Assembly: GCA_964562865.1 (NCBI GenBank)
Contig: CAZLYE010000298.1
Span: forward strand, 1-25,222
Source of the DNA: an uncultured Candidatus Binatia bacterium
Lineage (GTDB): Bacteria > Desulfobacterota > Binatia > DP-6
DNA: 25,222 nucleotides
Direction: 5' to 3'
The translations under genes were made by a program, and so were the position numbers. The notes beneath the pieces are model-generated. The model ran no database searches. It saw nothing but the letters and a program-made list of their open reading frames with translations, and was not told the origin of the DNA. The number at the start of each line of letters is the position of its first letter. Positions within the stretch are counted from its first letter, which is position 1. This document shows, one piece after another, positions 1 through 6,321 of this stretch.

Positions 1-57
1 CAGCCGACGATGCCCGACCCGTGCGCGGGCGTCCCCGCGAACCCGCTCTGCAGCTGA
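1..57 (+). CDS. 3' end of a gene entering from outside the window (…QPTMPDPCAGVPANPLCS*)
   Basis: Frame +1 is open from base 1 to TGA at 55-57, with G/C at nearly all third positions. A long hairpin follows immediately. Only 18 codons are visible. Confidence 0.4.
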   Translation, partial: QPTMPDPCAGVPANPLCS

Positions 58-60
58 TCG

Positions 61-174
61 GGTGAGCACGGGCGGGAGCCGGGGGCGCCGACGGGCGCTC
101 CTCGCGCGTCCCGCCCGGCCCCGCCGCCCACACCCCGAGTCTCGCCGGCGCTCCGGCTCCCGCCCGCGCTCGCC
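61..174. repeat. Long GC-rich inverted repeat / stem-loop between convergent genes (possible bidirectional terminator)
   Basis: 61-82 GGTGAGCACGGGCGGGAGCCGG pairs with 153-174 CCGGCTCCCGCCCGCGCTCGCC (22 bp, one mismatch, one G-T). Inner stem 85-90 GCGCCG pairs with 146-151 CGGCGC. No U-tract. Confidence 0.7.
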
Positions 175-196
175 CCGGCAGAGCGACCCGGGCGAC

Positions 197-808
197 TCAG
201 CCGGTCTGCCGCCGTCCCGCCTCGCCCTTGCGCGGCGTCGAGCGCAGCGCCGGTCGCCTGGCCGGTCCCGCTCCGCCGTCGGCCTGGAGCGCCGACTCGA
301 GCTCGTCGACGAACGCGAGCTCGACGTCCAGGTGCCGCACCCGCCGGCCGAGCCACAGCGGGCGCGTGACGCTGCCGTCGGGCGCCCGGCCGTCGCGCAC
401 CATGTCGTGCGCGCGCCCGAGGTCCCGACGCCGGGCCTTCAGCTCCTCGCGCCACTCGCCCAGCACGCGGCTCGCGCGTCGCCCGCCGTTCTTCACGACG
501 AGGAACGCACGCAGGGAGTGCTCGTGCTCGTCCGACCCGTCGCATCCGTCGCGCGCGGGCACGGCCAGCCACGCGTCGAACGTGGCGCACCCCGCGTCCG
601 TGATCTGGTACGGGATGCGACGCGGGTCCGCGTCGGCCGGGTTCTCGCCGGGGCGCACCAGCCCGCCGTCCCTGAGGCGCTGGAGCTCGCGGTAGAAGTT
701 CCCGACGCTCAGCGCGCGCCCGGTCCCGTCACGATACTCCTTCATGAGCGCGTAGCCGTGCTGCGCCCGCCCGTGGCGGAGAAGACCCAGGATCAGATGC
801 CGCATCAT
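197..808 (-). CDS. PadR-family transcriptional regulator (long type, with C-terminal helical domain)
   Basis: N-terminal LILGLL…HGYALMKE…GNFYRELQRL…GLV…RRIPYQITDAG is the PadR winged-helix signature, followed by an amphipathic C-terminal domain. Confidence 0.9.
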   Translation of the reverse strand: MMRHLILGLLRHGRAQHGYALMKEYRDGTGRALSVGNFYRELQRLRDGGLVRPGENPADADPRRIPYQITDAGCATFDAWLAVPARDGCDGSDEHEHSLRAFLVVKNGGRRASRVLGEWREELKARRRDLGRAHDMVRDGRAPDGSVTRPLWLGRRVRHLDVELAFVDELESALQADGGAGPARRPALRSTPRKGEAGRRQTG

Positions 809-924
809 CGATCGATCCTCCCTTCGCTGGTTGCCGCGATTCGTGTCTACATTCGCTGTGACTCATGCGCGCTAGCTTGTTCAAGAGCAAGACCGGCACG
901 GCGTCCCGATTTTCCGTCCGAGTC

Positions 925-950
925 GGAACAGGCCTCATTCCGGCCCCGAA
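925..950 (+). promoter_or_regulatory. Candidate ECF-type promoter GGAAC-N17-CGAA
   Basis: GGAAC at 925-929 and CGAA at 947-950. Same spacing and -10 element as the box at 4809-4834. Intergenic, pointing toward the Cys-rich ORF. Confidence 0.35.
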
Positions 951-1098
951 TACCGCGGCGCGGCCGACGGATGGCGATCGCCTCGCCGTCCGCGCACGAT
1001 CGTCATGCCGGTGACGCCGCGTCCACCGCCGAACGCCCCGCCATGCGATCCGCCACGTCGGAGCGAGCGGACGTCGGCGAAAAGGTGCCCTTTCGCGA

Positions 1099-1114
1099 GG
1101 GTACGCTCGTTGCA
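1099..1114 (+). promoter_or_regulatory. Candidate sigma54 -24/-12 promoter
   Basis: GGGTACGCTCGTTGCA is GG-N10-GC with ACG and TTGCA, against consensus TGGCACG-N4-TTGCW. Predicted +1 near 1125, next to the ATG at 1126. Confidence 0.5.
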
Positions 1115-1125
1115 AGTCCCCCCGC

Positions 1126-1344
1126 ATGCGCCAGAGCATGGCCGGCACGACCCTCCCTCGCACGCGCCGCCGGGATCCGGTTCCTGACGAGGCTCCGCTG
1201 AGCGACGAGTCGCCACGGCCGGACCCCGCCGAGTGCTGGTGCTGTGGCGTGCCGGCGCCGTGCCGCTGCGAGCGGGCGGGTCGGTGCGACGAGTGCGGGT
1301 GGTGCCGCGAGCACTGCCGGTGCTTCCGCGAGGGCGAGCGATGA
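1126..1344 (+). CDS. Cys-rich microprotein, 72 aa (metallothionein-like or Zn-finger-like)
   Basis: C-terminal CWCCGVPAPCRCERAGRCDECGWCREHCRC holds 10 Cys and 1 His. Third positions are GC-rich. The stop overlaps the next ATG (ATGA, 1341-1344). Alternative start at ATG 1138. Confidence 0.6.
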   Translation: MRQSMAGTTLPRTRRRDPVPDEAPLSDESPRPDPAECWCCGVPAPCRCERAGRCDECGWCREHCRCFREGER

Positions 1345-1601
1345 GCGCGCCGGGCAGTGACGTCGTCTGCCGCGTCGTCGCGCGCGTCACCGGGCGGGCA
1401 CCCCTCGAGGTCGAGATCGTGCAGGACGCCGACCCGCGCAACGGATGGCTGGTCCGCGTCTGGCTCGACGACGGGACGCTGCGCGACTACCGCCTGAGTG
1501 CCGCTGCGAACGGCGCCGTCCCCGACGAGCTCGTCGAGGAGCGGTTCCCGCGCTGGCCGCCGGCGGACATCCGCGGGCGGATCCAGCGCTGCCGCTGCTG
1601 A
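1341..1601 (+). CDS. Hypothetical protein, 86 aa (MSAPGSDVVCRVVARVTG…RIQRCRC)
   Basis: ATGA coupling to the upstream ORF, coding-like codon usage, globular beta-rich composition. Start trimmed from the track ORF 1233..1601. Confidence 0.7.
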   Translation: MSAPGSDVVCRVVARVTGRAPLEVEIVQDADPRNGWLVRVWLDDGTLRDYRLSAAANGAVPDELVEERFPRWPPADIRGRIQRCRC

Positions 1602-1635
1602 GCGCCCCCGGGAGCCGTGAGGTCGGTCGCCGCGC

Positions 1636-2646
1636 TCAGCGGAGCGCCGGCACGACCTCGGCGCCAAGCGCCCGGAGCGACCCGAGTGCCACCTCCCGCG
1701 GGATGTTCGCCGACCCCGGGATGAGCCACACGAAGTCGAGGCCGAGCGCGGCGAGGCGGTGCAGGCGCTCGCGCGCGTGGGCCGCCGGCCCGGCGACGGC
1801 GAACCAGTCGACGAACGCGTCGTCGATCCCGGCGGTGTGCGGCACGTTCGTCCGCGTGTGCTCGCGCATGTCGTAGTGCTCGCGGAGCCAGCGGGCCGCG
1901 GCGGCGAGCGGCGGCGGGAGCTCCGCGAGCCGGCTCCCGGGGAGCGCGGAGAACCGCGCGAAGCTCGCGGCGGAGCCGCGTGCGGCGTCCCGCGCGACGC
2001 GTGCGTCGTCGTGGACGACGCAGTTGACGAAGGCGCCCCAGCGGAGCGCACGCGGATCGCGACCCGCGACGCGGGCGGCCTCGCGCGCCCGCGCCACCAC
2101 CGTACCGACGTACGCGGCGTCGGCGCCGACGGCGAGGCACACGGCGTCCGCGCGCCGCGCCGCCACCTCGACCACCCGGCGTCCGGTCGCGGCGACCATG
2201 ACCGGCGGCTTCGCCACGCCTGCGTGCGGCTGCCACTCGAGACGGCTCGCGAACCCGTCCCGGTCGACGGCCTCGCCGGCGAGATACGCCTGCAGCAGCG
2301 TCACGTAGCGCTCGAAGCTGGCGACGGGATCCTCCCGCTTCCCGATCCGCTGCACCGCCGAGTCGCCGCGCCCGATGCCGACGACCGCGCGCCCGCCGCT
2401 CTCCACCTGGAGGGCGAGGGCGGCCGACGCCGTCACGGCCGGGTCGCGGGTGAGCGAGTTCGTGACGCCCGGACCGAGGATCAGACGCGAGGTAGCGGCC
2501 GCCGCGAGCGCGAGCTGGCCCCACACCTCCGGAAGGAGGTTCTGGCTGTCGGGAAAGAGGACGCCCGCGAAGCCGAGACCCTCCACGAACTGCGCGAGCG
2601 GAGCCGCCTGACGCGGCGGGGCGAAGAGGAGCACACCGACGTCCAT
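1636..2646 (-). CDS. Luciferase-like (LLM) flavin- or F420-dependent oxidoreductase
   Basis: EGLGFAGVLFPDSQ, LAAAATSRLILGPGVTN, ESGGRAVVGIGRGD and PPVMVAATGRRVVEVAARRADAV match the Mer-like LLM TIM-barrel. ATG at 2646 preferred over the track TTG at 2685. Confidence 0.9.
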   Translation of the reverse strand: MDVGVLLFAPPRQAAPLAQFVEGLGFAGVLFPDSQNLLPEVWGQLALAAAATSRLILGPGVTNSLTRDPAVTASAALALQVESGGRAVVGIGRGDSAVQRIGKREDPVASFERYVTLLQAYLAGEAVDRDGFASRLEWQPHAGVAKPPVMVAATGRRVVEVAARRADAVCLAVGADAAYVGTVVARAREAARVAGRDPRALRWGAFVNCVVHDDARVARDAARGSAASFARFSALPGSRLAELPPPLAAAARWLREHYDMREHTRTNVPHTAGIDDAFVDWFAVAGPAAHARERLHRLAALGLDFVWLIPGSANIPREVALGSLRALGAEVVPALR

Positions 2647-2685
2647 GCGACGGCCCCTATCGCAGCCCGCGGCCCCGTCACGCAA

Positions 2686-3375
2686 CTACCCGCGCATCCC
2701 GACCCTCCGCGTGCGCGACGCCGGCACGCGCCATCGCGCGAGCCAGACGGCCCCCAGCGCGGCCGAGAGCGTCGTCCACACGAGGACCGGAATCATGTGC
2801 CAGGCGAGGACGTGCAGCGAATCGTCGATCGGGCAGGCGACGCGCACGGCGGCCGTGCCGACGACGAACGCCGCGAGGCCCGCGAGCGCTCCCGTGGTGC
2901 GCGCCTCGAGCGGGGCGCCGCGGCGGACGGCCACGAGGATCGCCACCCAGGGCAGCAGACCGAACATGGTGACGCAGAGCGCGCACTGGAGCCCACTCTG
3001 GACGGCCGGACTCCCCGACGACGGCACCGCCGGCTCCGCCAGGAGGAGCACGGCGCTCGCGACACTCAGCACGAGCGCGAGCCAGGCCATCCGGCGCCCG
3101 TCGCGGCCGGGGACGGCGCCGTGGAACGCGGCGCTCGCCGCCGCCGTCGCGGCAGCGAGCAACGTCGCGAGCTCGAGGAGATGGAGCGGCTGGCCGAGCG
3201 TCTTCAGGTCGTGGCGGAGGCTCGCCGCCATCGCGACGCCGATCACGAGCGCGACGAGGAGGAGCCACGAGGCGAGACGTGCCGCCGGCGACCAGAGCGG
3301 GTGCACCGGCGCCAGATCGGCCTTGAGCCGCGCGACGAGCGTATCGTGGACCGGAGGTGTGCGGAGGGCCGTCAC
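2686..3375 (-). CDS. nrsF: NrsF / DUF1109 family membrane anti-sigma factor
   Basis: N-terminal LVARLKADLAPV, about six hydrophobic segments, RRGAP, Cys motifs QCALC and ACPID, and HVLAWH. GTGA overlap with the upstream ECF sigma stop. Confidence 0.88.
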   Translation of the reverse strand: MTALRTPPVHDTLVARLKADLAPVHPLWSPAARLASWLLLVALVIGVAMAASLRHDLKTLGQPLHLLELATLLAAATAAASAAFHGAVPGRDGRRMAWLALVLSVASAVLLLAEPAVPSSGSPAVQSGLQCALCVTMFGLLPWVAILVAVRRGAPLEARTTGALAGLAAFVVGTAAVRVACPIDDSLHVLAWHMIPVLVWTTLSAALGAVWLARWRVPASRTRRVGMRG

Positions 3376-3908
3376 AGGAGCTCCCGCAGCATCTTGTACG
3401 CCCGATGCGCGCGGACCTTGAGCGCGCCGGTCGTCGTGCCGGCGGCCTCGGCCGCCTCCTCGGGCGGCAGCCCGTCGAGCCGCAGCAGCCGGACGGCCTC
3501 ACGCTGGGACGCGGAGAGCGCCCCCAGGGCCTGCTCGAGACGCGTCTTCAGATGACCGTCGGCCTCGGTCGCCACCTCCGGGATCACGTCGACGAGGACC
3601 TCGTGCGCCTGGCGCGTGAGCCCGCGGCGCCGGTGGTCGGCCGCCACGCGTCGAGCGATCGCGAAGAACCACGGCTCGAGCGGGCGCGATGGCTCGTAGG
3701 TGTGCCGCGCGCGATGGAGCGCCATGAAGATCTCCTGATACACGTCCTGGGCGTCCTCCGACCGCCGCACGTGCCGCCGCACGAACCGCATCACGATCGG
3801 ACCCATCTCGTCGAGCAGCTCGCCATACGCATTCGCATCGCCCCGCTGCACCTCCGCCATGAGCCTGGCACGGCGATGGCTCGTCTCGTCACGGTCCCTC
3901 AGCTTCAT
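3372..3908 (-). CDS. ECF sigma factor, copy 1 (ECF16/SigF-like), coupled to nrsF
   Basis: Region 2 LMAEVQRGDANAYGELL…DVYQEIFMALHRARHTYEPSRPLEPWFFAIAR; region 4 LSASQREAVRL…GALKVRAHRAYKML. Start uncertain (3953, 3908 or 3860). Confidence 0.92.
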   Translation of the reverse strand: MKLRDRDETSHRRARLMAEVQRGDANAYGELLDEMGPIVMRFVRRHVRRSEDAQDVYQEIFMALHRARHTYEPSRPLEPWFFAIARRVAADHRRRGLTRQAHEVLVDVIPEVATEADGHLKTRLEQALGALSASQREAVRLLRLDGLPPEEAAEAAGTTTGALKVRAHRAYKMLRELL

Positions 3909-3909
3909 A

Positions 3910-3934
3910 TTCGTCAGGAGCGAGCGGAAGTTAC
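3910..3934 (-). promoter_or_regulatory. Candidate autoregulatory ECF16 box GTAACT-N15-CGAA
   Basis: Minus strand reads GTAACT (3934-3929), TCCGCTCGCTCCTGA, CGAA (3913-3910), T, ATG. Spacer is one base shorter than the 4809 box. Confidence 0.45.
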
Positions 3935-4174
3935 GGCAACCCGGGCGACGCATGTGAACCCGGTCGGCCGCCCGAGTCAATCCACCCTCGAGGGGTTTTG
4001 CGTTTCCGGAAGGTGTCGGCGCGAGGAATCTTCCGCGCTCGGGCGGTGCGCCGATGCCACCCATCCAGAGCCGCGTAACTCCTGCCGTGGCGCCCCCAAT
4101 GATCGAGAAGGGAAACGGCGCATCACGGTCCGCCGTGCACGGCGCCAGACTGCGGGCCGGAGCCCCTGCATCAC

Positions 4175-4771
4175 GTGGTACGCATCGCCACCACAGAGCC
4201 GGCGTCGGAGACCGCGGTCGTGGACCGCCGCGATCCGCCGTCGCGAGCCGAGCGGAGCATGCGCCGCGCGGAGCTGATGCGGTGCGCGCAGCGCGGGGAT
4301 CGGAGCGCCTACGGAGCGCTGCTCGAGGACTCGCTCGCGATCCTGACGACGCTCTTCCGCCGGCGGCTGTCGGATCCACGGGACGTCGAGGACGTCTGTC
4401 AGGAGACGTTGATCGCCGTGCATCGGGCGCGGCACAGCTTCGACGCGTCCCGGCCGTTCGAGCCCTGGCTCGTGGCCATCGCAGGGCACGTCCTCGCCGA
4501 CCACGTGCGGCGGCGCGTCCGCAGGCGCCCCGAGATCCTCGTCGCGATCCCCCCGGAAACGGTGGGAGAAGGCGACGGCGCGGCGGAGTTCGGCTTCGAG
4601 CAGGCCCTCGCGCGCCTGCCCGGAGCGCAGCGCGAGGCCTTCACGCTGATCCAGGTGGAGGGGCTGCCGGTCGAGACGGCCGCCGCCCGCGCCAACACCA
4701 GCGCCGCCGCGCTGAAGGTGCGCGCACATCGCGCGTACAAGGTCCTCCGCGACTCGCTGCGCCGAGTCTGA
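4175..4771 (+). CDS. ECF sigma factor, copy 2 (ECF16/SigF-like), divergent from copy 1
   Basis: LMRCAQRGDRSAYGALL…DVCQETLIAVHRARHSFDASRPFEPWLVAIA…LPGAQREAF…ALKVRAHRAYKVL. About half of aligned residues match copy 1 by manual count. GTG start is uncertain. Confidence 0.9.
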   Translation: MVRIATTEPASETAVVDRRDPPSRAERSMRRAELMRCAQRGDRSAYGALLEDSLAILTTLFRRRLSDPRDVEDVCQETLIAVHRARHSFDASRPFEPWLVAIAGHVLADHVRRRVRRRPEILVAIPPETVGEGDGAAEFGFEQALARLPGAQREAFTLIQVEGLPVETAAARANTSAAALKVRAHRAYKVLRDSLRRV

Positions 4772-4808
4772 GCGTCCGCGCGACGATCCGCCGAGAGATC
4801 GCGCCCCG

Positions 4809-4834
4809 GTAACCGCGGACGGATGGCGATCGAA
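4809..4834 (+). promoter_or_regulatory. ECF16/SigF-type promoter GTAACC-N16-CGAA
   Basis: GTAACC (4809-4814), GCGGACGGATGGCGAT, CGAA (4831-4834). Matches the consensus I recall for Caulobacter SigF. Lies 43 nt upstream of the ATG at 4878, next to two ECF16-type sigmas. Confidence 0.75.
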
Positions 4835-4877
4835 CTGTGGGAAGAGCGCAGTCATCCATCTCACGAAGGGGGGACCC

Positions 4878-6320
4878 ATGAGAAACACGTCGTTCGTTTC
4901 GTTGTCACTCGTTCTTCTCGCCACGTTCGCCGAGGCCGTCCAACCGCCGCCGCCCTGCCACCCGAACGCGACCGCGGGCATGGATGTCGCCGTCGTCAGC
5001 AACCGGGGGGACATCAAGAACCTTCCCGCTCCGTTGAAGGCGCAGCTCGTGCAGCTCGCCTCCCGGCCGCACAGCCAGCTTCCCACCCAGGCGTACGCCG
5101 AGGCGCACTTCGACAACGGCGCGCCTAAGCCGAGCCAGCTCTTCCAGTACTACCTCCTCGACACGAAGGGCTTCGAGCCGAATCCCTTCACGGCCCTGTT
5201 TCCGGGGATCAACGACCAGGCGATGCTGACGGCGACCGGCCCCGACTGCGACCTGCCGACGATCGGTGCGGTCCGCCTCGTCCTCGAGCCCAAGCCGGCT
5301 CTCCCGACGGACCCGAACAACGTGCGCGCGTTCATCGACGTCTTCACCGACGTCGAAGGGCTCTTCGTGATCAACAACGAGAGCGGCTGGTACGAGGGCT
5401 GGATGATCCACGACCTCGAGGTCGCGCCGACCGACAACACGCCCCGTCCCGACGGCCACGCGAAGTTCGGCATGCTCCTCAAGAAGGACGCCGACGCCCT
5501 CAAGGCGATGGGGATGGGCAACAACGTCTTTCCCCACACGTTCACGACCAACGGGAAGCCACCGGAGCCGCCCCAGCCGACGGACCAGTTCCCGACGAAG
5601 CAGACGAACCTCGTGCCGATCCAGCTGAGCATGGGGGCATGGAACACGCTCCAGCAGAGCGACGGGCACGGCTACTGGGAGTTCAACTACACCACGAACT
5701 GGATCCACCCGCTCTACGAGCTCCCCTTCACCGGCGGCCTCCCGGGCACCTTCGAGGCCGGCAAGGTCGGGGCGCTCCAGTCCATCGTCCCGGGTTCGGG
5801 CCCGGCGGGCATCAAGAACGATCCCGTCAGGTACGGCGACAACCCGAACAACAGGGGCGTGATCCAGGCCTCGGGTCCGCGCGACCCCGACAAGTTCGAC
5901 GCCGACGTCGACGATCAGCGCGAGTTTCGCCAGCGTTTCATTCCGAGCGGTCTCGCCAACGAGGTCTTCCTCGACGTCTACGAGCGGCTCGCCTCGTTCG
6001 AGCCGTCCGTCCACGACTTCAACCAGCGCCTCTTCGATGCGTACGCCGCGGAGGTCAAGAGGGTCGACACCAACGGCGACGGCGTCGTCTCGGCGTTCGA
6101 GGGCGACGTGGACACCGCCTCGGACGGCTTCCCCGACAACGAGCGGCTGTTCATTCCCGCGACGAAGTTCAACCGCTTCGCCGTGACGCGCGAGATCAAC
6201 GACGGGCTGCTCGCCCCGCGCTTCGCGCCCAGCCAGAAGGCGTGGGTGCTGTCGGGGATCATCCACCCCGTGAACCCGTCCGTGCCGGCCTCGACGGGCG
6301 AGGACAGCGACGACCGCTGA
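4878..6320 (+). CDS. Secreted protein of unknown function, 480 aa, with one EF-hand-like loop
   Basis: SD GAAGGGGGG; Sec signal peptide MRNTSFVSLSLVLLATFAEA; strong C/G-ending codon bias; DTNGDGVVSAFE at residues 397-408. No family recognised. Confidence 0.92.
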   Translation: MRNTSFVSLSLVLLATFAEAVQPPPPCHPNATAGMDVAVVSNRGDIKNLPAPLKAQLVQLASRPHSQLPTQAYAEAHFDNGAPKPSQLFQYYLLDTKGFEPNPFTALFPGINDQAMLTATGPDCDLPTIGAVRLVLEPKPALPTDPNNVRAFIDVFTDVEGLFVINNESGWYEGWMIHDLEVAPTDNTPRPDGHAKFGMLLKKDADALKAMGMGNNVFPHTFTTNGKPPEPPQPTDQFPTKQTNLVPIQLSMGAWNTLQQSDGHGYWEFNYTTNWIHPLYELPFTGGLPGTFEAGKVGALQSIVPGSGPAGIKNDPVRYGDNPNNRGVIQASGPRDPDKFDADVDDQREFRQRFIPSGLANEVFLDVYERLASFEPSVHDFNQRLFDAYAAEVKRVDTNGDGVVSAFEGDVDTASDGFPDNERLFIPATKFNRFAVTREINDGLLAPRFAPSQKAWVLSGIIHPVNPSVPASTGEDSDDR

Positions 6321-6321
6321 A

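Noticed and set aside
62-1201. 379-aa plus-strand ORF
   Set aside because: Runs through the hairpin and antisense to padR and is low-complexity. Only its last part (ATG 971..1201, 76 aa) is conceivable, and it overlaps the sigma54-like box and the Cys-rich ORF, so it is not called.
4075-4107. GTAACT upstream of sigma copy 2 as an ECF16 -35 element
   Set aside because: No CGAA-like -10 at 15-17 nt. The nearby GAAAC-N17-CGTG (4112-4137) is too degenerate to call.
4866-4880. Same GGGGGACCC-ATG before the 480-aa gene and the Ddn gene (6790-6800)
   Set aside because: Adequately explained as a Shine-Dalgarno variant plus spacer.
4823-5128. 101-aa ORF starting inside the ECF16 box (MAIELWEERSHPSHEGG…)
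   Set aside because: Its ATG lies in the promoter spacer and the frame overlaps the strongly biased 480-aa gene out of frame.
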